Assembly (NCBI RefSeq): GCF_000150275.1
Contig: NW_002060953.1
Span: 290,286 to 354,285, forward strand
DNA: 64,000 nucleotides
Direction: 5' to 3'
Source of the DNA: Trichoplax adhaerens
Taxonomy: Eukaryota > Animalia > Placozoa
A program made the translations under genes and the position numbers. The notes under the pieces are model-generated. The model was not told where the DNA came from and ran no database searches. It was given only the letters and a program-made list of their open reading frames with translations. Below are positions 39,801 through 53,539 of this stretch, piece after piece; within the stretch, counting starts at the first letter, position 1, and every line of letters starts with the position of its first letter.

Positions 39801-42239
39801 TGACGATGATCTTCTTGATGATGATGATAATGTAGTTGACTTAAGAGCATATCGAAGTATGGGAGGTTGTGTTTATATCGATCTTATTCAATTACCACCA
39901 CAGCGCAAAAAAATTAAAAACTGGATTATCAGAGAAAGTTAGTAATCACTTGTGTAGCTAACTGAATTGACTACAGATAATTGGCTAAATATATAAATAA
40001 TTATTAACCAAAATGATACTGATACTTTGGAATATGCTTTCTGTGCAGCAATTTCTCCTGGATTACAACGTCAAGCCTATCCATTTGATGCTTCCAAACC
40101 GGTTACACCTGCTCAAACATCATCAGGCAAAGAATCTGCCAGCACAAATTCACCATCAACATCTGGCAATTCTAGTGGTTCTCTTTTAACAACTATGCAG
40201 TACGTTGTACATATAAATCTATCGATTAAGATTCTAATTGTATAGCCTTAAATAAAGCATTGTATGGCTAACATTTTCAATTTACTACTAACATTAAATA
40301 TACTGTAGACTACCGCAGTACATGGTTTTTAGTGAACCCCCACAATTAGCGCGATGGGACGATAAAAATGCATGTTGGCGTTTCGACGGATTCAATGATG
40401 TTAAATATGACGAAGCGACCAAAATGATAGCCTTTAAAATTGATTTTTTTGGCCCTATTGCAATCATGCAGGTGATGGTACTACTAAAAATTCCAGTAGT
40501 TACTGGATTAAGATGTCAAATGCACAGTATAATATCAGCGATCTACCAGTGCAAAAATGTTGTTAATCATTGCGATTTCACTAATTCTATTCTGTAGTAT
40601 CCATTTTATATTCTAAACTGTAAAATTATTTAATTTAAATAGGACAAATATTTAAATTTACCATTTCAATTCTGGGAATATACGCCATTAGATCTAAACC
40701 ACGGTAAATTATTGTTTATGGCTGCCATTACAGAATTTGAAGTAGAAATTAAGGTAATCAATTTTGTGCAATTGTTGTACTTCCTCAAAAAGAAATACTA
40801 CATCGTAATGAGACCGTATGAATACTCTCATTACTGACTGTGTCATTATTTTTTATTAAATAAATATCTATCATCGCCATAGTAGTTAAAGCTACAGTAT
40901 TAGTTACATCATTTATTGATAAAGAAACATCTTTGATAGTAAATTACAGATTGATACAGTATTTATTTAACATTTCTACCGATCTATTTATGATCAAATA
41001 ATGAGGGCATAAATAATGAGGTCAATGAATACAATTTTTCTCAATAGTTTTATTACCGTTAACACTTCTAGGATGACGTATGTCGCATAAAACTCACTGC
41101 AGAAAGTCCTAAAGAGATTGAATTAATAACTGATAAATGGATGTCACCACAAGAGTTGATGAAAGTAAATTAAATTCGAGAATAGTGCGATTAAAGAATG
41201 TGTAATATACTGCTAAAGAGATTATAATTCATCAGGAAGAGCATCACTTGCAAAATTTTTCCAGTTTTAATCGATTTTTTTTCTGTCATATTAAATATCT
41301 ATATCGAATAGTGTATGGAAGAAATTGGTATCGACGTCTTTCCAACAATTGATTCTGACAAATATGTTAGCATTAATCCCAAGGTATTATCGGCATGAAA
41401 AAAATTTTATTGGTCTTTATATCAATCTGCAAATTATTTGCAGTATTCATTACTACAGTGCCATTTTAACAGATCTAAATTTCTGTACCTTTATCTTGAT
41501 TCTAAAAATCTATTAATGTTCTTATACTTTTAACAGAAAAAGAAATTAGAATTCGATGTCTACCGACAGATTGCTTTAACAGGATCAGCATACAGTTACT
41601 CATGGTCAAAATGGAATACTGAAGCTGATAGCGGTCGAGATTCAATCATTTTACGAGGCGTGGAGAATTTAACGGCTGAGGAGGCAGTAAGTAGACGTTC
41701 TACAAAATGCCTTTATTTGTTTATCTATTATAAAACATTACATTTAATGATATTATTTTACAACGATATCTACATACAAGTATATATAATATCCTGTATA
41801 TGTGCAGATGTATATGTAGTTACATTGATAAGTCCATAGCTAACTATATAGTGTCTTATAAATTTTTTATTTCTTATGTTGAATTAGCTCGACTACAAAA
41901 TTTACATGATCAATCGACAAAGAGCAAGTGAATTAAAAATTACCGAAGAAAGTGACGAATACTCAGAGTCACCAGCTGAAGGCACTCATGTAAGATATGA
42001 ATTTTAAATTTTATAATTATGGACGCAGAAAGATTCGTAATTCGATTAAATCTATCAGAACTGGTTTCATATTAACCTGTGTTCACTCTATTTTCTTTTA
42101 GTTTCACTCTGATCTTTATCACATGATTACTGACGGAGCAACACAAGATTCTTTAACCAGGATAAGGAATTCTTCCTTCTTATTTGTTGACAATCTTTAT
42201 ACTTGGTTGTCTTCTACAAGGTTATTCGCCTTTTCATAA
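36862..42239 (+). CDS. CASC1: CASC1 / DNAI7 (CFAP94), axonemal dynein intermediate chain, ~20 exons
   Basis: ATG-only first coding exon (ATG|GTGAGT at 36862-36864), then 37371-37491, 37817-37908, 38057-38161, 38275-38415 and others, with last exon 42102-42239. Motifs: K-rich then E/R coiled-coil N-terminus, WNRFMRCDGSPNP...NTYMNLW, LWANLSKNPR, DLIQLPPQ, NLPFQFWE, YSWSKWN, FHSDLYHM...STRLFAFS*. Confidence 0.93.
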
Positions 42240-43232
42240 ACTGAACTCCTAAATCAAGCTACAGAATCTTACTAGTAAAATCATGATCAATATCACAATA
42301 ACACAATGGTCAGGATATTGTAGCCATCCATGAAACAAATGTACATCAAAATGCATTCGTTTAATTGAAATCTACTCGGATAAAACCATATAAAATTATA
42401 AGCTACCACGAAGATTAAAACGACCTACTGTCTAGATTGTGCCGTGGCTTTATAAATTCAATAATAAAACAATTATCATTTTTCAGGTGCAGTATCATAA
42501 CTGCTTATCCATCAAGGATTATTTCTACGATTATAAACATTATGTAATCAAATTTATATTTTGAAATGTCGGTAATAAGTAACTATAATAGCTAGCAATC
42601 TTTCTAGTTCAAGAGGTAAATGTGCGTCAAAGCATCCAAGTAATTTTATCCGTTACAATAATAATGCCTCTACATATGTAGGTCAAACATTTATCATCTT
42701 TGATAGCACCTCCAACTAAAATTAATTAATTTAACTAATCCATAATGTAGATATTTACGAAATTGTCTTACACCCTGTCGTGAAAAATAATAAACTTGAT
42801 AGAACGTATACAAGAGAGTGTAGGGCTAAGAAATGAAATAATTCTGGAGTATCAGAAACGGTCAATTCGCAAAATATCTAGCAAATAATAGAATTGATAA
42901 AAGTATCAATATTGCCAATTCAATAACTATAGCTGCATGCTGAAGCTAGCGATAACAAGATAATAGTTATTCTTCTTATCCTAGTATAACATAAATTTGA
43001 CCATACAAAGCCGAAGAATATATCGGTGATGGGTTACGGTACTGCTTAAAACGGCTATCAAAATTTAGGTATTCCGGTAAATACACGTACTGTACGTACA
43101 AGCTTAAGGGAACTACACTCAGTTTATACCATCGGACTATAATTAGCTGCAACCTCAACATTTCATACAGTACAATACGCTCAACTCTTAGCATCTCTAA
43201 AAGTTACGATCTAGTTCCAACAAATGTGATAT

Positions 43233-46200
43233 TTAACGAGGCCTTGGCTTAGGTACAGGCCGCCAACCTGGCGGTTTTGGAGGAGCATGTGGACGCTTCA
43301 CGGGGATAGGGCGAGCATTGGCAGATTTCTCAGATTGGCCATCAAAATTCGGACGAGCATCAGCGTAATCCCCAACCTTATTGTCTGTCTGGTCACCATA
43401 ACTGAGATTTGTGTTACTCTCGTTGGTAGTGGAATACTCTACCGGCCGCGGTACACCTGACAATACTACGTTATTTGCTGGCTCTGAGATTTCGTGATCA
43501 TCTACATCAATAGAAATGTCACTTCCACTATCATTCTCGATATTTAGCTTACTAATCATTGCCTCTTCATTATCACTAATAGTTTCAAACTCATAGTCCG
43601 CTGGATTGGCATTTTCATCACTAGAAGAGATCACATCGTCATCATGAATTTGAGTATTCTTATGATACTGAAGATTATCACCTCCTGTTGGTAACGAAGA
43701 TCGTGATAGATCAACTGCTTGATCATCTTGGTCAGAAGAATCAGAATTGTAAATTTCAAATTGCACTTGGGATGCTTTATTCATGTCTTGACCATCGCCA
43801 CCATTTTTACCCGCCGATCGATGATAATCTTCATCATCACTGGAAGAATTGCTATTATAAGCTTGAAATTGGGTGGTATGCATTTGTGCAGTATCACTAA
43901 TATTATCTTTAGATCGTACTGGCAACGGTGGTGGTGCTTTACGACTGATATTAGCCACAGAGGAATTACTGCTGCTAGTTTGAGATACTGCATTTTCATT
44001 TCTTTGTATAATATTGTTATTAGCATTCTCCCGGTAAGGTGGTGGTGGTGCTTCGGATACATTCATTGTACTAGCATACCAAACAGTTAGATCCTTTATA
44101 TCATCCGAGCTCGATCTTACAACTCCATAGTCTTGTCGCTGGTGCGATTGATTGCTATTGGTATTGTAATCAAAATCTACTAGAGGGGTAGTCTCTTGCT
44201 GTAAATTAGGCCTTGGCGGTCGTGACGGAATCGATTTGTCTACCGTAGCCGGCCTAGCAGGTCTTTCCGGAGCAGGTGGTTTCTTTGGTACGGCTGCTGG
44301 ACGTGCTGCCGGAGGAGGCGGCCGACGAGGAGCTTCTACGGGTGTAGCTGTATTTAGCGATGACGATGACTTTCCGCCAAAATCGGATGCGCTCTTTGAT
44401 TGAGGTGGTCTGCCAGGTCTTGGAGGAGCCGGTGCAGGCCGCTTTATACCAGGGTGCCCAGGAACAGGAGGGCTTTTCTTCTGACCTTGTAGCTGTTGTT
44501 CCTGAGCATCGCTCATGAGCCACAAATGAGACTGTGGTATATTTAGATCTTGGATATTAGCTTCATATGCATCTACTGTATTCTCATCATCATCTAAATC
44601 GTAGGTTAATCCTGTTGGGTAAAATTTTAAATAAACTCGTTAATCTATAGATTCTATTAGATTAATTATCAATATACAGGCACGGTAATTCTTACATTAG
44701 CAAACAATTAATCAAAAGAAGTACCAATACAAGTATACCGATAAAACGATCACTACACTCGCAAAATTTCTTTATACAATAATAGAAAGAAGTAGTATTG
44801 ACGTACCCTCACTGTCCTTCCGAAAATCGCAACGAAGGGAAACTAATGTCTCCTTTCCATCGATCTAAATAGTAACATTTATAAATGTATAGTACATAGT
44901 GTTAATAATAGAGTGATAAAAGATAGCTCTGCAAAATGATGTATGCAACAATACATTTGAAATACTAACAATAGTCTTTTCTAAGATATGAGCCGCTTTA
45001 ATTGCATCATGACCATTCCAGTACGTTGCAATTGCGCTACGATAATCTATGGACCTGAAATAGAAAAGATATTAGCCGTCATTAATTATTGAACCGGATA
45101 CTCATTTAAGATTTCGTTTTGGCAACAACAATAACTAAACGTTACCTAATCATTGCAATTTCACCAAAACGCCTTAGAGTAGTATATAGTCGGAAAGTAA
45201 TAGGTAACAATTTTGTGGAATTAGTTGCTGACCGATCCGAAATAACTTTTACAAGAATGGACAATGGGAAAGATTTCTGACATACGGTGTTTGTTTCAGA
45301 TACATAATTCTGAAAATCAGACTCCATTAAATTTTGAACGTTAACATCGATAATTGCAGCTACTGGTCGGTGATCAGAAGTCTTTAATTCAGTTCTATCG
45401 TAATAAACTAAGTGACCTTCTTTTCGTTGAGATTCAGTAACATGACTTGTTGTAATCTCTTCTAAATGATTTATGTTCATTAAATCAAGTTTCCTACTAA
45501 ATTTACGATACGTTTTACTGCCATCCACTTCATCATCGCTTGAACTGTCATAGCGTTCAGATGGCTCATCACTGATAACAGCTTTATTATTATTAGCTGG
45601 TTCACTTGAGCTATCCAGTTTATCAATACTTTTGGTGTGGCTCACATTTCCACTTCGAGCTGATTTAAAACGTCTAAATAATTTGGACGAATTTTTTATA
45701 TGTTTCCACATAACTCGATCTGTCCAGGCTGGAGTTCGCTGCTTCTCGCTAGTATCGTAATCATCTGAAAATAAATCGTACTTATATGTTGGAGCAAAAT
45801 CTGGCTTTCCTTCCTTGAAACCTATAAATGACTGCAAGCAGTATTATCAAATTAGTGAATAAGGCTGGCACGACGCAAATAAATCATATCATATTTCTAA
45901 AAAATTTATTATTACCAATCCACTCTCTCGCGATTTGATTAATTGGTCCTCTTCTTGCATAGTAAGCCAGCTATTATTCTCGATCATTTTCAGTACCTCA
46001 TCTCTTGGTAAATCGATACGATAATTTAAATCACCACACCAAAAAACATAATCATGAGAATCAACCAGATAAGCCTGTTCAATTAATTCAATTAATCCCA
46101 TCCATTAGCATAGAGTAAATTGTGATAAAAATATTTCCATTATAATAATGTACAACAATGAATTATTGGTTAACATACCATTGAACTTTTATCGCATGAC

Positions 46201-49200
46201 GTAATTCCAGAATACTGCAAAAAGGAACAGTTAAAATAGTGATAACAATATTATAATAACTTGTTGATTTTGAAATAGTCTTAGGCGTAATTGTATTTAA
46301 TCTTATTCGACTACATAATATTTTTTTACATTTTATCAATCTTAAATTTAAAAAAAAATTACGTATAAGTGTATTTAGTTAGAATAACATTAACATTTTA
46401 ATGCAAGTACAAACCATTGGAAAAGTAAGACCCTCACGAATGTCTTTATAATCAGAATTTCTGTCATCGACGTGATTTTGTCCAGCGGCTAAATGAGAAC
46501 ATATGAAGCAAAAAGTAGTTGAAAAGAGCTGAAATCTAATGCCAATGCCACCTTTATTTCCTGCCTTTCCTTTTAGACCAGTTTTAACTGTATCGACAGC
46601 AACATCTCTACAACAATAAGAATATTCAGAATCGACATTCAGTATAGTTAACAAGAACAGTTCGGAAGTAATTAAAAATAAATATTAATAATAAATAAAT
46701 AGTGCAAATATATAGTTGTTACTAACTTTATGTGTGGCAACAAAGAAACCTTTACAAATATATATAAGCATACACCAACCAACTGCTCCACAGCTACCAA
46801 TGCATAACTGCTCTCTTGATTTAGGATACGTTGCAATTCATTTAGCCACTCATTTTTATTCGTATGGCTAAAAGGTATAAAAATAAGTAACAGATAATAA
46901 GTTACATGAGTGGTAATTAGCTGCCGCACAGAAAGGAAATCATAAAATATCAAAGCGTATAAAAGTATACTTTACATCATTTACCTAGCACCAAGTATAT
47001 TAGATGCACTAAGATCTACTAGTTCTTCAAATCCAATAGCATAAATATCCGGCTTGGTTTGATTAGATAGGTCCCGATTACCTAATCCATCATAGGAGAT
47101 ATATTTTGCTTGCTATGAGATCACTATATACGTACAGTAGTATAATCAAAGCTGGAAATGTATTATACCATCCAACTTATTTTACTACAAATTTTAGGGT
47201 AAATTTAATATGTTAAATAGATCTCGTTACTCCACATTCCGATTATACTTCTTTATCATAGTGAATGTATCTATGTAAGGCTTACTTCGCTGGGCTGCAA
47301 TGTCTTGAGCATGAACCAGCCAATCAGCCATAGATTGATGACGAAATGCAATACTACGGAAGTGTTTACCTCCGTTTACATTCCATGTGCCGATAAATAC
47401 GCGTAATGGTAGTTGCTTTGTAAGGCTATCGAGATTTTCACAAATTGTGCTCAGGTATGCCGGAGGATCTGATTAAAACAAAAATTTTTATTGATTATTA
47501 TCAACGATTAGTAACGGTGTATTACAACGTTGCGTGATTCTATATCACTTACGATATCTAAATTTGTTGCTGAGATAAGCATACGAAGTTTCAGCTACAT
47601 TTCCATAACGTCTGGCATCAATACATCCACTAAAAGTGTTGCCGTAACGAATAATATCAAAAGCCTCCTGCTTTACCGTGTCGAGCATATTACTAATAAT
47701 TGTACGTCCAACTGAACTTGCTGCAACTTTGACTTTATCCATCTGAATGTTTCGATTTATAAAAATTGTATCATCCAATTGAATGTGAAGATAAAACAGA
47801 TATCTACAAATATATAAATATTGAACATTTGCGATCATCAAATTATATCTCTAACCTTGGATTTGCCCTCCAGCATTTGAGTACCAGCATACATCTTACT
47901 TATTCTATTGCCGCTGTCTTTCCATAGTGGTCTTACCGTCATTGCAAATTTTGAAAGAGTTAGCTTATCAGCTCCAATTAAGGCAATTACCTGTTGTGGC
48001 AAAATCTATTCAACAAACGAATTATCGTTTTAATCAAGGTAGTGTCCATAATTTATAAAGCGCATTGGATTTTTTTTGTCACGGTAATACAAAGTTGAAT
48101 ATATGATCACACCTCGGCTGCTAGCATTTCCTGAGCTGCGTTAGTTCTATCCAGGCAATCCATACAGTTTACGCGGAAAAAACCATTCTGCAGACTATGT
48201 ATTAGACGTATGAAATAAGTAATTAGTACGTTAACTAATGCACATATATATATATATATGATGCGTTTACTACAAAAGAATGATAGGGTAAAGACATTAA
48301 AACTATTCAATTTCATAGATATTTAATGACACTCTATAAATAATATCTTATAGAAATTTAAATAACACTTTACTACCTTTGAACTTCTCCATTTGAAGTG
48401 TAGTAAAATCCCATTTGATCAAAGGTCTTTTTAACTTTCTGCTTTAAGAGATAGGCCTTTTCATTAGCTTTACCAACAGCATGAAAATCGAAAGCAACAT
48501 AATTTGGCTTCAATTCTTGGGGTAATTCAGATATCATATACTGTAAAAATAAATAAAGGCCACCATATAGCACATAAGCAAATCACTTTTCTTGACATAA
48601 AAATTAATTACAATATACCTTGAAATTTCCTGATAAAATCCCTTCCCCTTCTTTAATACCGAGAAGGTTTAATACCGTGATATTACCATATTTATCTTTG
48701 AGTGTTTGAAAATGGCTACAACGATCGAAATAGATAGTAAAGTAAAACTTACTTGTAGCAATTTTACTAAATATACAGCTTAATTTGGAACAAGTTGTTA
48801 GCAAATAATTTGTCATGAAAACTGAGTAACACTATGCTACAAAATTCTCGGTAAGTATAGCAAAGGACTCATTATTCATACCTTGTAAATGCTCCTAGCG
48901 ATGCTTCTGCACTGCGATCTAATTTAATTTTATGACTGCCAACCTGAGTAAAGGATAATTTAAAAAACGAGTATAGATAATGATAAGATATAATGACGAA
49001 AGAAGTCAAGTTGAAACGATAATTTTTGCTACAACAAGGACTGTTACATACCTGAATTCCTTGTTGCGACCAGAACATCGGCACTGACCCACGCAACATT
49101 AGGAAAGATGTAGTTCCAGAATCGGTAAAAATAATCTATAGTAGAATAAAGAGCGAGTATAATATAGATATTTTGTTTTGTGTTTTGTTAGCAGAACCCG

Positions 49201-52184
49201 GTAACACCCTTTCGTGTTTAATGAAAACTAGAGAACGGTTACAGATTTTTAATTTATTCATATTTAGCTACTTGTTCAGTTTCGGCAAAATTGGCGCAAT
49301 TTCCGTAATCGTCAATCCCTCTGACATTGAAGCGAGTGCCATAGCGATCACAGCTTATTCGTGATAAAATACAAATTCGAGCTTGTTTACCATGGCAAAA
49401 CAAGGTTCTAATCTCTATCGATCCACAAATTACTTGGATTAGCCAATTTTCACAGTCAATACCATACTGATAAAATGGTGACTGCATGCCACGATTCCTA
49501 GTAAATTAAGAACCATTTTTGTTGAATTAGGATGCAACAATAATTTATGGTAAGATAAGATAGAAGCAAGGACGATCGTCTATTCTTATTGGTGGGATAA
49601 TGGAAACAACACGTTGCATAAAGGCCAAGGGTATTACATGGTAAAAAGTATATAATTACGGCTACATACCAGTAAAATCGATCATCAGATTTGAGCTGAC
49701 GAGCTTGTCGTTGCAAGTTGAGTGATAGGTCATAACAATTTGTTTCTTTACTATAGGAAAAAAAGAATGCGCCAGAACCCAAGATTTTTCTGATTTCGTT
49801 TATGCGTTCAGCGTCAACATCAGGTAAATGATTTCTTGCTGTTTGGACTACTTCGACACCAGTAATGCGATAGATTTCACTTTCGAATATTTTTCCCACT
49901 AGAAAATGACTTTTCACAAGTATAAGGTATTGCACACCTTCAGCTAAAGGAAAGATATATTATGCAATAAAAATGGAATTATTTCTTGATTTCATTGTTT
50001 TGCACCAGATCATAGATCAAATTGAAAAAATAGAAATGATGTTGTTTTATAATAGTAGTCACTGAGTAGTTAGTACACGTTTTACTAGTTCTATTATTTA
50101 ACCATTCATGTTATAATCCTACCCATTCCGTGTACAATTATAATTATTGTTCATAAATGAACATCAACTGCAAAAGGAGAATTAACTACGCTATTTTTAT
50201 GTCAAGACTGAAAGGAGTTGCAATGAAGGATGAATGCTTGAATTAGGCATCATGTGCGTAGCATTGGCTTGGTCCAACTCACTATCCTATGGCCCAAATG
50301 ATCGTACAGTTCTCGAGTCATGTTTTAAATTGCAATACTTCATCCTTCCATGATGTGATATCTTGATTGAATATCATACGGTAGTACGATTGCATTATCA
50401 TAATTTAAATTGATTATTATCTAATCCTTGTATGTCGTATCTTGATATTGGTACGTCTAAACTGTTTATTTTCTCTCTCTATGCAATATCTTCATTTAAT
50501 ATCATACTAGAATTGGACTATTATTCAATTATTGATTTCCTCTCTTCATGCAATGTCTTCATTTAGTATTGAAGTTTAGCAAACTTGTCTTGTGATATTG
50601 TCAACGAGGCATTTTATCTATTCATGTCATATTTTATTCATTACTATTGTACTGTCCTCAAGTCGTACAGTATTATGGCATTATTAATATCGTCTACATC
50701 TCTTCATGTAATATCTTAACTTAATATTACGCTGTCGTCAAGTTGTACTATAACATACTTAATGTTGTAATTCATCTCTTCCTATCCTGATGAACGATCG
50801 TCCAACCAGTATTATAGCATTGTCAATTGGTATTTCATCTCTTCAAGTAACATCTTACTTAATTTACTATTACACTGTTGTCAGATTGTATTCTAGATAG
50901 TATCGTTGATGTTGTATTTCATCCTTGGATGTCCTATCTTAATCTAATATACTGTCGTCAAGTTTGTATGATGGTATTGTCAATCTCTTATCATTGCATG
51001 TCTTATTTCGATTTCCTATTTTACGGTCAACGGCATTGTAACTTTGTCAATGGGATATTTCATCTCTTCACTTCATATCATCATAAAGTTTGTATTCGAC
51101 TGTAACACTTACAACTGTGTTATTTAATCTCTTCATATCCTATTTCTGGTTAATCTGCTACAGTAGTATAGTTGTAGTATGATATCCTTACATATTTTAT
51201 CTCTATCTATAGCGATGGTGATCTGTTGCAGTTTGTCAAAGCATTTGATATCGTTATCAATTGGACTAGAAATGGTATCCATTTTAACTTACAGTGTAAA
51301 CTCTTGATGATTCCAAGGCAACCGTAGACATCGCGTACCTTTTCATAATGCCGTTTCAATCCATTGGTTTCTTCACAAGCTAATAAAGTGAAAGTAGAAA
51401 GAAGTTTATTACATGCATACTGACGAATCTTGACGCGTATGTTAACATTTGATAGTATTGGTCATTGGAAATTGCCGAGTACGATACTTGTCTATCTAGA
51501 GTAGAGTAGAGTATTTCTTTTCTTGTAGTGGTTGTAAGTTCTGATGATTGTACCGAAGTAATCCATCAGCAGAGTTGATTTGCGAAGCAAGGTAAACTAC
51601 GATAGCTTTGTACTCTAATCAAAGTCTACGTCAATAAATACTCATTGCATGGTAGCATTGGCGACATTGTATCAAGTCGATCTTGCTAAGTAATAGACTG
51701 GCAGTGGTAGAGCTATTGTTGGAATTTTCTTGCCTTGATTGTAAGTTCTGGACGACTGTACTGATTGAAGGCAATGTTCATTTGCCAAAGAAAAGATGGA
51801 CTGACTACAGCTTGCTATTATGGTATGATGGCAGCAACAAGAGGGTATGAAAGTCAGCGCAGTAGTGCTAGTTTAGCTGTTGTTGCTTTTCTCTAGTATT
51901 GACTGGAAGTTATGGTTGATCATGTTGATTCAGGGCAGCATTAGTTTGCAAAAAAAGACTAGACTACAGCTTACTATGGCATCATAGTATCGACAAGACT
52001 ATATGATAGGCCTATGACAATTGAGAGAGGAGCAATTAGCAAGGACAACGATTGGAAACGACTTACAGCATTCCACGATAGCACCATCAGCAAATAATAG
52101 CGAACAACCAGTACTTTTGTTGATATAGAGAACAGAAAGTGGATGAATTCGTTGATAGACTGTAAAGTCTTGAGTGAACACCAT
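43233..52184 (-). CDS. SYNJ: Synaptojanin (Sac1 + inositol 5-phosphatase + RRM-like + proline-rich tail), ~20 exons
   Basis: Exon 1 52184-52067 ([17 protein letters not shown]...LLFADGAI, like SYNJ1 MAFSKGFRIY), exon 2 51379-51293 (DVYGCLGII), exon 3 from 49943. Sac1 motifs [33 protein letters not shown] and [12 protein letters not shown] (CX5RT). 5-phosphatase motifs [35 protein letters not shown] and SDHRPV. Last exon 44611-43233 is the proline-rich domain. Confidence 0.97.
50340..51270. repeat. Highly degenerate tandem repeats (~60-90 bp) in synaptojanin coding intron 2
   Basis: ATCTCTTCATG...ATATCTT...TAATAT...ACTGTCGTCAAGT-type motif recurs about a dozen times. Confidence 0.65.
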
Positions 52185-52221
52185 GTCTTCCAAGCGGATG
52201 TACAACGTAGACTAGAATAAA

Positions 52222-53003
52222 TAGCGATCCAAGCCTGGAAAATGTTAAAAAATCAAAGAGACATGGAGGCAATCAAGGCAACTTTTGCTGGGCAATTAGA
52301 CCAGGAGTCGGAGTTGTTGCTTGTACTGTCGGTCGCCTGTGAGCACGGCTGACTTTAGACTTGGGGTATATTGGGGTGTATACGTACAGATGTACAGACG
52401 GTATGGTAGCAGGAGGGGGTGTTTACCAGTTTGCCAGCCAAGCACCAGTTGCACTTGTCGTCCCCAAAGGAGACCTTTTAGCGATCCAAGCCTGGAAAAT
52501 GTTGAAAAATCAAAGAGACATGGAGGCAATCAAGGCAACTTTTGCTGGGCAATTGGACCAGGAGTCGGAGTTGTTGCTTCTACAGTCGGTCGCCTGAGCA
52601 CTGCTGACTTTAGACTTGGGCTTAGACCTGAATGGGGTGTATACGTACAGACGTACAGACGGCACGGTCGCAGGAGGGGGTGTTTACCAGCTTGCCAGCC
52701 AAGCACCAGTTGCACTTGTCGTCCCCAAAGGAGACCTTTTAGCGATCCAAGCCCGGAAAATGTTGAAAAATCGAAGAGACATGGAGGCAATCAAGGCAAC
52801 TTTTGCTGGGCAATTGGACCAGGAGTCGGAGTTGTTGCTTCTACAGTCGGTCGCCTGAGCACTGCTGACTTTAGACTTGGGCTTAGACCTGAATGGGGTG
52901 TATACGTACAGACGTACAGACGGCACGGTCGCAGGAGGGGGTGTTTACCAGCTTGCCAGCCAAGCACCAGTTGCACTTGTCGTCCCCAAAGGAGACCTTT
53001 TAG
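52222..53003. repeat. GC-richer tandem repeat, 3 copies (257, 261, 261 bp)
   Basis: TAGCGATCCAAGCC starts at 52222, 52479 and 52740, and the array ends CCTTTTAG at 53003. Copies 2 and 3 are almost identical. The array lies ~37 bp upstream of the synaptojanin ATG. Confidence 0.97.
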
Positions 53004-53539
53004 TCCATAGTGGTCCATGGGCATTTGAATAAAACATGGACGACGAAATGGCCTATGGATGAATTGATGACATGGACAATGAATTCATTAATTTTGAATC
53101 AAACATTCTTGAATTAGTTAATGCATGAATAAATGAATTAAGTTTAGCGATGATACCTCACTCTTCTAGTCTAAGTTCAACGACAATACATTACCCTTGT
53201 AGTCTGCACTTTTAATTGAATGTCCATTTTCAAGACTGCAAGTGTCAAGTATAAAGCCACCTATGCTGAGACAGTGTGTATAATGCCTCATCCGGGGCCT
53301 TGATCGGCTTCATTTATCCATTTTGTAGGCTTAATCCCGAGAAATAGGATTCTCAGATTTTGCACAGTAAGTTGCATAAAAGATAACTTTAAAATTTTCC
53401 TTGCCATATGGACATCAAAGTGGATCCTACTGTATCATGAACTGGACATAAGAGTACAACTCATTTTGGGGGGCGATTAATCTTCTTCTTCTTCTTCTTC
53501 TTCAAACACGATCCACACGTATTTCATTGGGCCTTGACA

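Noticed and set aside
43688-44523. Antisense and alternate-frame ORFs within the synaptojanin last exon
   Set aside because: Shadow ORFs of a GC-rich, low-complexity coding exon.
52296-53024. Multiple overlapping ORFs (77-229 aa) on both strands
   Set aside because: They are by-products of the GC-richer 261-bp tandem repeat, with no recognisable domain. The true coding part nearby is synaptojanin exon 1 (52184-52067).
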